From: an uncultured Clostridiaceae bacterium
Lineage (GTDB): Bacteria > Bacillota > UBA994 > PWPR01
DNA: 13,328 nt
Assembly (NCBI GenBank): GCA_964497955.1
Contig: CAZCFQ010000050.1
Location: 1 to 13,328, forward strand
Reading direction: 5' to 3'
Below are positions 1 through 6,716 of the stretch, piece after piece. The stretch's first letter is position 1, and every line of letters starts with the position of its first letter. A model generated the notes under the pieces. It was not told the origin of the DNA, ran no database searches, and was given only the letters and a program-made list of their open reading frames with translations. The position numbers were made by a program, and so were the translations under genes.

Positions 1-1289
1 TTTTTAAGAGAAACCTAGCTCCAATTTCAGACCAAGCTTGGACTGAAATCGATGAAAGAGCAGAAGAAGTTATTAACACACAACTAACAACAAGAAAATC
101 TTTAAAAATTAATGGCCCATTTGGATTATCTTATACATCTGTACCAACAGGTCGTTTAGATTTAGTTGAGAATAAATCTTCAAATGTTAAAATTGGATTA
201 TATAATAATAAAAATTTATTAGAAACAAGAATATCATTTGACTTATCAAAATGGGAGTTGGATAATCTATTGAGAGGCGCTAAAGATATTGAATTAGATG
301 CTTTAGAGGAAGCCGCTATGGAAATTGCTCGTTATGAAGATGATGTTATTTATGATTTAAATGAGTTATTCCCAGATGAAAAAGCTAATATGATTGAGCA
401 AAAAATATTAGTAACACCAGGAACAATGTTAAGTCCTTCACAAATAATATTTCAGTTAAGTAGAAGGAAAAGAATTATAAATAAAGTTTATGGCAAGGTT
501 ATGTCTATTGATAAAAATGTGATCAAAATATCCACATTCAAAATCAATAGCGAGCTTAAAGCTTATATTCCTGGAAAAGTAGTTGATACTAACCACAAAG
601 ATTCAATTACGGTTGAAGGAGAAGTATATCAGTTACAAGGAGCTTATGGCCTTGGAGGAGAAAAGCAAGGAAATTTAAAAGTTATAAATGTAAATAGGAA
701 ATTTCAAAAGAGTGACTTAGAAGAAGGTTATAAAAAGAAAATTTTATTTATACCTAATGGGCTTACTCTTGAAGCATTGAAAGCAGCAAATAAGTTAGGT
801 GTTAGTGGAATAATAACCAATGCACTATCTTTTTCTAATGTTAAAAATTTTGCAGGTATTGATTTTGTTCCAGGAATTACTGGCAATGAATCGATTAATA
901 CAACATTACTTTTAGTTAAAGGATTTATAGATCAGCCAATCGAGAAAGAAATAGTTGAGTTTGTAAATGATTATGAAGGTAAATGGGTTTCAATGCGTGG
1001 GACAACACATATAAGAGCTGGTGCAATAAGGCCGGAATTAATAATGTCTCCAGAAGATAACATAAAGAGAGATTTTCAGTTCTTAGAAGATGAAATAGCA
1101 GAAGGAAAAACAGTAGAAATAAAGAGAAGTGGAAAAATGCATGGTAAAAAAGGAACTTTAGTTAAAATACATAGCAAACCAGAGAAGCTGCCATCATTGA
1201 TTAAAGTATTAGTTGCAACTGTAGATATAGATGGAAAAGAAGTTACTGTTCCACTTACTAATCTAGTACCAGCAGGGAGGTTAGATTAA
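1..1289 (+). CDS. Chimeric protein, 5'-partial, ~429 codons in window. The N-terminal ~118 aa are a family-1 encapsulin (linocin M18/CFP29) shell-protein fragment. They are fused in-frame to an uncharacterised ~310-aa C-terminal region. The frame is open from the window edge, first full codon at nt 3.
   Basis: Own translation from nt 3 gives FKRNLAPISDQAWTEIDERAEEVINTQLTTRKSLKINGPFGLSYTSVPTGRLD...NVKIGLYNNKNLLETRISFDLSKWELDNLLRGAKDIELDALEEAAMEIARYEDDVIYD. This aligns motif-for-motif with the Thermotoga maritima and Mycobacterium tuberculosis encapsulin N-termini (LAPxxxxxWxEID, GRL, RxxFTLxxxExDxxxRG, EAAxKxAxxEDxxIF). After ...YEDDVIYD the sequence (LNELFPDEKANMIEQ...KVLVATVDIDGKEVTVPLTNLVPAGRLD) shows no encapsulin A-domain or C-terminal motifs (GPYxLVLxxD, RGGDFxLxxGQD, ETxTF). 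The ORF track's 258..1289 is this frame from its first TTG; no stop lies upstream. The stop TAA 1287-1289 overlaps the next gene's ATG. Confidence 0.75.
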   Translation, partial: FKRNLAPISDQAWTEIDERAEEVINTQLTTRKSLKINGPFGLSYTSVPTGRLDLVENKSSNVKIGLYNNKNLLETRISFDLSKWELDNLLRGAKDIELDALEEAAMEIARYEDDVIYDLNELFPDEKANMIEQKILVTPGTMLSPSQIIFQLSRRKRIINKVYGKVMSIDKNVIKISTFKINSELKAYIPGKVVDTNHKDSITVEGEVYQLQGAYGLGGEKQGNLKVINVNRKFQKSDLEEGYKKKILFIPNGLTLEALKAANKLGVSGIITNALSFSNVKNFAGIDFVPGITGNESINTTLLLVKGFIDQPIEKEIVEFVNDYEGKWVSMRGTTHIRAGAIRPELIMSPEDNIKRDFQFLEDEIAEGKTVEIKRSGKMHGKKGTLVKIHSKPEKLPSLIKVLVATVDIDGKEVTVPLTNLVPAGRLD

Positions 1290-2284
1290 TGGAATCAACA
1301 AGAGTTTTTCTAAGAGGTTTAGATGCACGAATGGCTATTGAGAAATATGATGGACCTTTATATAATGCTTTATTTCCAAGGGCTTTAAGATACATGTGTA
1401 AGTGGGAAACAGGAGAAAAAGAAGATTTTGAAACAATGGAAGAATGGTTATGGATGAATAATATTGTTGAAGCAGAAAATGGTGTTACTTATCCTAAAGT
1501 ACCTATACTAACCGCAGGTTTAGCAAGTGAAATTAAGAAAAAAATTGATAAAACTTTTTCCAATAAAGATTATTGCATAGATAAAATTAAGAGAATATCA
1601 AAACAATTTGATAATTGGGAAGAAGTTGGACGTAATTTTGTTTCTCAAATAATTATAGGAGTATTATGGCTAAATGCATGGATGAAATCTAGTGATAATC
1701 CATGTGATCCAGCAGCTTTGATAATAACAGATTTAGATTTGAGTCCAGTATTCATGTCAGGTATTTCACCGCTTAAAGGTAATGAGATAATATCATATTG
1801 GCAAACTAACCAGTTAGGACATCCTGATACTTTGCATGACATATTAAATAATAGGGCAGTTGTTAAATCTTTAGAATCGATTAAAGATGATTATACATTT
1901 AATTCTGTAGAAAACACACTTGTTTTACTAAATAAGTTGAAAATGTATAAGACAAAAACTGGAGATGCTAATATACCAGTACCTTATATTAACTTGCCAA
2001 AAATAAGTCTTGATGATGTTAAAACTAGTCATGATGAATTGGTTGATTTAGCGAGTAATTTTTTAGATAAGATTGATAAGTTAGATCATATAGCTAAAGC
2101 ATTTTATGAGAATAGACCAGCTATTTTGAAAAAAGTTGATTATTATAATTATAGAAATATGGTTTTTCTTGTCTATAGTTATTGTTCTATAGAAAAGTAT
2201 CTAAATGCTGGTGTCTTTGTTGAAGGTAAGCTAGCAAAGGATACTAAAAGTAAAAAGTCTAATCCAAAATGGACAATGCTATAA
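1289..2284 (+). CDS. Hypothetical protein, 331 aa. No family recognised. Predicted soluble. Translationally coupled to the upstream chimeric gene.
   Basis: The ATG at 1289 overlaps the upstream stop (TAATG). GGGAGG at 1275-1280 sits 8 nt upstream. It is a long uninterrupted ORF with coding-like composition. No motifs I can assign (contains ...SDNPCDPAA..., several Trp). Confidence 0.7.
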   Translation: MESTRVFLRGLDARMAIEKYDGPLYNALFPRALRYMCKWETGEKEDFETMEEWLWMNNIVEAENGVTYPKVPILTAGLASEIKKKIDKTFSNKDYCIDKIKRISKQFDNWEEVGRNFVSQIIIGVLWLNAWMKSSDNPCDPAALIITDLDLSPVFMSGISPLKGNEIISYWQTNQLGHPDTLHDILNNRAVVKSLESIKDDYTFNSVENTLVLLNKLKMYKTKTGDANIPVPYINLPKISLDDVKTSHDELVDLASNFLDKIDKLDHIAKAFYENRPAILKKVDYYNYRNMVFLVYSYCSIEKYLNAGVFVEGKLAKDTKSKKSNPKWTML

Positions 2285-2300
2285 TAGGGAGGTTATACAA

Positions 2301-2450
2301 ATGGGATTTTTTGATAAAATAAAAGAAATTTTTATAGGAAAACCTGTAACAGGGGTAGCCATCATTACTGATGTAGAAGAAGTAGAGAGTTATCTAGAAC
2401 AAATTGTAGATGAGACTATAAAAAAGAAAAATCAGGATAATAACCAGTGA
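2301..2450 (+). CDS. Small hypothetical protein, 49 aa, acidic (MGFFDKIKEIFIGKPVTGVAIITDVEEVESYLEQIVDETIKKKNQDNNQ).
   Basis: Not in the supplied ORF track (below its size cut-off) but seen in the sequence. ATG at 2301 is preceded by GGGAGG (2287-2292) with an 8-nt spacer, the same SD arrangement as the upstream gene. It lies 16 nt after the upstream stop and 21 nt before the EamA start. Confidence 0.5.
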   Translation: MGFFDKIKEIFIGKPVTGVAIITDVEEVESYLEQIVDETIKKKNQDNNQ

Positions 2451-2471
2451 ATTTAGAAAGTAGAGATTTAT

Positions 2472-3383
2472 TTGATAAAAGAATATAAACCATATTTGTC
2501 AGGCCTTATATATGCATCTATATTTGGCCTGTCCTTTATGGTTACAAAAAATGTTTTAAATTTTATAGAACCGTTTCATTTTTTAGGTTTAAGATTCTTA
2601 GCTGCAACAATATTAATGAGTTTATTAATATTCTTTAAAGTTATTAAAGTAGATTATAAAAAAAAGAGTATAAAGCCAATCTTAATGTTATCTATACTTC
2701 AACCAGTTATATATTTTACAGGAGAAATATATGGGGTGAAGAATATAACATCCTCACAAGCAGGTATGATGATTGCTTTGATACCAATTTTTGTTACTAT
2801 ATTAAGCGCAATTATTCTTAAAGAGTATGTAAATTTTCGTCAACTAATTTGCATTATATGTTCTGTTTTGGGAGTTATGTTAATTACCATAATGCAAAGT
2901 GGAGTAAATGGAGAAAGTAAACTAATTGGTTATTTTTTTATTTTAGCAGCTGTTTTAGCAGGAGCAGGATTTAGTGTATCATCTAGAAAACTATCTGTAG
3001 ATTATAAACCATTTGAGCTAACGTATATAATGATGATTGTGGGAGCTGTTTTTTTTAATATATTAGGAGTTTCACAAGTTGGCTTTGAAACATACTTCTT
3101 ACCTTTAAGTAATATTGATGTTTTACAAGCGTTAATATATCTAGCTTTTTTGTCCTCAATAATTGCTTTCGGTTTAATGAATTATACATTATCAAAAATA
3201 CCAGCTGCAAGAGCGGCACTATTTGCTAACTTAACAACAATTATATCTATTATTGCTGGTGTTGTTTTAAGAGGCGAGCCATTTTTCTGGTTTCATTTAA
3301 TTGGGGGATCAATGATATTATTTGGTGTAATTGGAGTTAACAGATTTGCTAATAAAAAAACAGTTGATTATTTTAAGAAATAA
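2472..3383 (+). CDS. EamA/DMT-superfamily (drug/metabolite transporter) permease, 303 aa, ~10 TM segments.
   Basis: Highly hydrophobic throughout, with two repeated 5-TM halves typical of EamA domains (LSGLIYASIFGLSFMVTK... / ...FILAAVLAGAGFSVSSRKL...). TTG start. Co-directional with the three upstream genes, separated from the last by a 21-nt gap. Confidence 0.8.
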   Translation: MIKEYKPYLSGLIYASIFGLSFMVTKNVLNFIEPFHFLGLRFLAATILMSLLIFFKVIKVDYKKKSIKPILMLSILQPVIYFTGEIYGVKNITSSQAGMMIALIPIFVTILSAIILKEYVNFRQLICIICSVLGVMLITIMQSGVNGESKLIGYFFILAAVLAGAGFSVSSRKLSVDYKPFELTYIMMIVGAVFFNILGVSQVGFETYFLPLSNIDVLQALIYLAFLSSIIAFGLMNYTLSKIPAARAALFANLTTIISIIAGVVLRGEPFFWFHLIGGSMILFGVIGVNRFANKKTVDYFKK

Positions 3384-3975
3384 TCAACTTTATTCCAAAA
3401 TATACTAGAATAATAGCAGATGCTTTATTAAGAATAATTTGTATATTTGAGTTTATTAAATTTTTACTATAAGAAACAACAAGAGACAAAATACTAAACC
3501 ATAAAAGTGAAGAGATTGAAAATCCTACTATAAAGAATGACCTGGATATTGAAGAAGTGAAAGAAGAGTACATGCTCCCCAATATTACTGAACCATCAAG
3601 TAAGGCTTGAGGGTTTAGCCAAGTTATCGCAAATGGAGTTAAAATAAGCTTTGATCTATTTAGGGTTTTGTCAGAGCTAGTATCTTTTGGCTTAGTGTTC
3701 CAGATATTATATGAAACTATTAAAATTGCAAAAAACCCTAAATATGATATATATGATGATAAAGATGAAAATTTTGTAATCAATCTTCCAATGCCTAAAA
3801 AACAAAACACAGCGAGACTAATATCATTTACAATTGTTAGAAAAACTGTTATTAGAAGTTCTTTCTTTGTATAGTTGATAGAACTATTAATTATGTACAT
3901 ATTTTGCATTCCAATGGGTGCCACATAAGCAAAACCCATTAATAATCCCTGAAATAGTATATTCAAATTAATCAC
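3373..3975 (-). CDS. LysE/ArgO (RhtB-superfamily) amino-acid exporter, 200 aa.
   Basis: The N-terminus ILFQGLLMGFAYVAPIGMQNMYII aligns with E. coli ArgO [24 protein letters not shown] and C. glutamicum LysE ITGLLLGASLLLSIGPQNVLVI. ITWLNPQALLDGSVILGS matches the ArgO TWLNPHVYLDTFVVLGS motif. GTG start at 3975. The 3' end overlaps the convergent EamA gene by 11 nt. Confidence 0.8.
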   Translation of the reverse strand: MINLNILFQGLLMGFAYVAPIGMQNMYIINSSINYTKKELLITVFLTIVNDISLAVFCFLGIGRLITKFSSLSSYISYLGFFAILIVSYNIWNTKPKDTSSDKTLNRSKLILTPFAITWLNPQALLDGSVILGSMYSSFTSSISRSFFIVGFSISSLLWFSILSLVVSYSKNLINSNIQIILNKASAIILVYFGIKLIIS

Positions 3976-3980
3976 CTGAA

Positions 3981-3993
3981 ATGTATTATACCA
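3981..3993. promoter_or_regulatory. Face-to-face overlapping extended -10 elements in the divergent LysE / PLP-enzyme intergenic region. TGtATTATA reads on the + strand and TGgTATAAT on the - strand, forming a partial palindrome TGTATTATACCA.
   Basis: Read directly from the sequence. The - strand TGGTATAAT lies only ~9 nt upstream of the LysE GTG, giving a near-leaderless transcript. The + strand element lies ~35-40 nt upstream of the ORF5 ATG (RBS AGAGGAAAA). No experimental support. Confidence 0.3.
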
Positions 3994-4029
3994 AAATAAT
4001 TTAATATTTAATAAGAAAAGAGGAAAAAA

Positions 4030-5160
4030 ATGAATTTTAAAAGCGTTAGGGAAATTGCTCCAATGGTTAACAAAGTATCTTATTTAGAAACACCTGCTAG
4101 AGGATTGAATCTAAAGCCAATAGTACAAAATTCCATAAATGCTATAACTGGTTGGGAAACATTCGATGAAGAAATTAGTAATGCAAAACTTAGAAAAGAA
4201 GTAAATGAAAAACTATCAAATCTATTAAAAGTTAGTGCTAATAATGTTACTTGTACTAATTGTACTTCTCATGGATTGAGTATTATTGCTAACTCTTTTC
4301 CATTTGAGAAAGGTGACAATATTATTATGTCAGAATCAGAACATCCAAATAACTTTTATCCATGGGCACAATTAAAAAATAAAGGCATAGATATTAGAAT
4401 AGCAAAGTCAAAAAATGGTTTTATTGACTTTGACAATATTGCTGACTTAGTAGACGAAAAGACAAAAATAATAGCTTTGTCATTAGTCAGTTTTTATCCT
4501 GGGTCATATAATGATGTTAAAATTTTAAAAGAAAAGATAAACAATAATAATGTATTTATTGTTTTGGATGTCATACAAGCACTTGGCTTTTTACCAATTT
4601 ATCCAGAAGAACTTGGTGTAGATGCAATAGCTTCTGCTTCATACAAAGGTCTTATGAGCCCTCACGGTGGCGGTATCCTATACGTTAGTGATAAACTGCT
4701 AAGTTTATTGGCACCTGATGAAGTAACTATGTTAAACGTATCAGATAGGTCTTTATTTCCTGTTTTAGATTATACTCTAATTGAATCAGCTGATAAGTTG
4801 CAGCCAATGCCAATTAATGTAGCACAATTAGCTTCTATGAGTGCTGCATTAGATATTATTTTAGATTTAGGTATAGAAAATATAGGAAAATATTTAAATG
4901 AGTTAGCTAGAAAAATGGTAGATGATTTAAATAATGTGGGTGTTAAAACAAAATTATCAAGTAATGATGATAGGCTTAAGCATATAGTATGTTTTGATGA
5001 AGAAAAAAATAAAGAATTAGCTCAATATGCAAAAGAAAATGGTGTATACATTAGTCCTAGAAGAACAGGAATACGAATGGGATTTCATATTTACAATAAC
5101 TTTGAAGATGTAGATAAAGCAGTGAAGGTAATAGATAAGTTTTATAAAAACAATAAGTAA
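4030..5160 (+). CDS. Aminotransferase class-V-fold PLP-dependent enzyme with SufS/CsdA-like architecture. It lacks the cysteine-desulfurase catalytic Cys. 376 aa.
   Basis: GDNIIMSESEHPNNFYPWAQL...EKTKIIALSLVSFYPGSYNDV...VFIVLDVIQALGFLPIYPEELGVDAIASASYKGLMSPHGGGILYVS aligns with SufS [21 protein letters not shown]...[21 protein letters not shown]...[40 protein letters not shown]. The PLP-Lys is retained (SASYK). The C-terminal RTGIRMGFHIYN replaces the SufS RTGHHCA loop, so there is no Cys. Confidence 0.75.
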   Translation: MNFKSVREIAPMVNKVSYLETPARGLNLKPIVQNSINAITGWETFDEEISNAKLRKEVNEKLSNLLKVSANNVTCTNCTSHGLSIIANSFPFEKGDNIIMSESEHPNNFYPWAQLKNKGIDIRIAKSKNGFIDFDNIADLVDEKTKIIALSLVSFYPGSYNDVKILKEKINNNNVFIVLDVIQALGFLPIYPEELGVDAIASASYKGLMSPHGGGILYVSDKLLSLLAPDEVTMLNVSDRSLFPVLDYTLIESADKLQPMPINVAQLASMSAALDIILDLGIENIGKYLNELARKMVDDLNNVGVKTKLSSNDDRLKHIVCFDEEKNKELAQYAKENGVYISPRRTGIRMGFHIYNNFEDVDKAVKVIDKFYKNNK

Positions 5161-5164
5161 ATAA

Positions 5165-5211
5165 AATGCCAATAACTGATAATTATAGTTATTGGCATTG
5201 TTTTATGTTTT
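5165..5211. terminator. Bidirectional rho-independent terminator between the convergent ORF5 and the tryptophanase-like gene.
   Basis: Perfect 13-bp inverted repeat AATGCCAATAACT (5165-5177) / AGTTATTGGCATT (5187-5199) with a 9-nt loop. It is followed on the + strand by GTTTTATGTTTTATATTTTTTT. On the - strand the transcript continues into TTTATTTA. Confidence 0.7.
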
Positions 5212-6583
5212 ATATTTTTTTAAATTTAGCTGTAAAATGTCTTAATATATCTGTTTCATATGTAATTTGTAAGCCTGTGATAGACTCTTTCCTATCGTAA
5301 ATATTTTTTAAGCCATTAGCTACTACGTCCATATGATTATTAGTATAGACTCTTCTTGGAATAGTTAATCTTAACAGTTCTAATTCTGGATAATCATGTT
5401 CACCAGTGTTAGGATCTCTACCAGCTAAAACTGTACCAATTTCCACTCCTCTAACACCAGCTTCAATGTATAACTCTACACCGAGAGCTTGAGCAGGAAA
5501 CTCATCTTGACTTAAGTGAGGTAAAAATCTTTTTGCATCTATATAGATAGCATGGCCTCCTGGTGGCTCCATTATTGGGATACCTGCTTCTAATAGTTTT
5601 TGACCTAAGTAATTAGTTTGACCAATTCTATATGATAAGTAACTTTCTTCTATAACTTCTTGTAAACCTCTTGAAATAGCTTCTAAATCTCTTCCAGCTA
5701 GTCCTCCATAAGTTGGAAAACCTTCAAATAATACAGCTAATGAACTCGCCTTTTGATACAAATCTTTATCTCTCAATGCTAAAAATCCACCGATGTTAAC
5801 GATCGCATCTTTTTTAGCACTCATTGTGCATCCATCTGCGTAACTAAACATTTCTCTTACAATTTCTTTTATGCTTTTGTTCTCAAAGCCTGGTTCTCTT
5901 TGTTTGATGAAATATGCATTTTCAGCAAATCTACATGCATCAATATAGAAAGGTAGATTATAACTTTTAGCAATCTCACTAACTCCTTTAATATTCCCCA
6001 TTGAAACTGGTTGTCCACCACCGCTGTTACAAGTAATTGTTAGAAGTATAAGAGGTATGTTATCTACTCCTTTGTCTTCAATAAAATTTTGGAGTTTATT
6101 TAGATCCATATTACCTTTAAAAGAGTAATTAGAAGTAGAATCATAAGCTTCATCTATGACTAAATCTACGGGGATACCTTTTTTATGTAGCACATGTGCT
6201 TTAGTTGTGTCAAAATGCATGTTATTAGGAATATAATCATTTTCATTAACTAATAATGATAATAAAAGGTTCTCTGCTGCTCGTCCTTGGTGAGTTGGTA
6301 CAAACTCTGGAAATCCTAATATATCTTTTATAGTTTCTTTAAGGTTAAAGAAATTTCTACTTCCAGCATATGATTCATCACCGATCATCATTCCTGCCCA
6401 TTGATAATCACTCATAGCATTTGTTCCACTATCTGTTAACAAATCGATATATACTTGGTCAGAACTAAGACTAAAAAGATTGTAATTAGCTTCTTTGATA
6501 TATTTGCTTCTTTCCTCCTTTGTAGTCATTTTGATTGGTTCAACAACTTTGATCTTAAATGGTTCTGCAGGATAATTCTGCAT
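5210..6583 (-). CDS. tnaA: Beta-eliminating lyase of the tryptophanase / tyrosine phenol-lyase family, 457 aa. Probably tryptophanase (tryptophan indole-lyase).
   Basis: Near end-to-end similarity to E. coli TnaA and Citrobacter TPL: YIDLLTDSGTNAMSD.QWAGMM.GDE.YAGS, PTHQGRAAE, GGQPVS, DACRFAENAYFIKQRE, EMFSYADGCTMSAKKD (PLP-Lys), FPTYGGLAGRD, PPGGHA, DEFPAQAL, LRLTIPRRVYT, LRHFTAKF. The residues discriminating the two enzymes are Trpase-like. HFDTT has Asp at the position of TnaA D137 where TPL has T124. VEIGTVL has Ile at the position of TnaA I396 where TPL has R381. That assignment is from memory and is inference. Confidence 0.85.
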   Translation of the reverse strand: MQNYPAEPFKIKVVEPIKMTTKEERSKYIKEANYNLFSLSSDQVYIDLLTDSGTNAMSDYQWAGMMIGDESYAGSRNFFNLKETIKDILGFPEFVPTHQGRAAENLLLSLLVNENDYIPNNMHFDTTKAHVLHKKGIPVDLVIDEAYDSTSNYSFKGNMDLNKLQNFIEDKGVDNIPLILLTITCNSGGGQPVSMGNIKGVSEIAKSYNLPFYIDACRFAENAYFIKQREPGFENKSIKEIVREMFSYADGCTMSAKKDAIVNIGGFLALRDKDLYQKASSLAVLFEGFPTYGGLAGRDLEAISRGLQEVIEESYLSYRIGQTNYLGQKLLEAGIPIMEPPGGHAIYIDAKRFLPHLSQDEFPAQALGVELYIEAGVRGVEIGTVLAGRDPNTGEHDYPELELLRLTIPRRVYTNNHMDVVANGLKNIYDRKESITGLQITYETDILRHFTAKFKKI

Positions 6584-6690
6584 ATTATCATTCCTTTCAG
6601 ATATTTTATTTAATATTAGACAAAAAGTTAAGAAATCCTTTATTTATAGAGTCATTAAAATATTTCTAATGATAACTCTTTTAAACAACA

Positions 6691-6716
6691 ACTATCTTTA
6701 GTATTATAAAGATAGT
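6691..6716. promoter_or_regulatory. Perfect 10-bp inverted repeat ACTATCTTTA-gtatta-TAAAGATAGT. Candidate operator or 5'-UTR hairpin in the divergent tnaA / S9-peptidase intergenic region.
   Basis: Read directly. It sits 22 nt upstream of the peptidase TTG start and 7 nt upstream of its AAGGAGGG RBS. On the - strand it reads TTTGACTATCTTTATAATACTAAAGATAGT, so it embeds TTGACT and TATAAT hexamers facing tnaA. Confidence 0.4.

Noticed and set aside
1-1289. Gene 1 as a frameshifted or decayed encapsulin pseudogene.
   Set aside because: The reading frame is continuous for ~430 codons. The alternative frames stop within 3 codons of the point where similarity ends. The gene ends in a conserved-looking TAATG coupling with a strong SD for the next gene. 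I could not exhaustively exclude an ancient rearrangement, so it stays a finding rather than a pseudogene call.
1645-1842. Short ORFs in the track embedded antisense or out-of-frame within larger genes: 1645-1842(-), 3668-3874(+), 8106-8324(-), 8933-9136(-), 9654-9854(+), 9869-10060(+), 10210-10467(+), 12743-12937(-).
   Set aside because: Each lies wholly or largely inside a long, well-supported CDS on the other strand. They lack SD sequences and have low-complexity or odd composition. They are typical spurious ORFs in AT-rich DNA.
2301-3383. The small ORF and EamA being one gene split by a sequencing error. Both are in the same reading frame.
   Set aside because: Two separate in-frame stops (TGA 2448-2450, TAG 2454-2456) intervene. 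The small protein is acidic and hydrophilic and unlike an EamA N-terminus. The shared frame is a 1-in-3 coincidence.
4030-5160. ORF5 (SufS-like) as a family-2-encapsulin-style cysteine-desulfurase cargo for the encapsulin fragment.
   Set aside because: The encapsulin fragment is family-1-like, not family 2. ORF5 is 2.7 kb away, across two oppositely oriented transporter genes. ORF5 lacks the catalytic Cys and the long disordered N-terminal targeting domain of family-2 desulfurase cargo.
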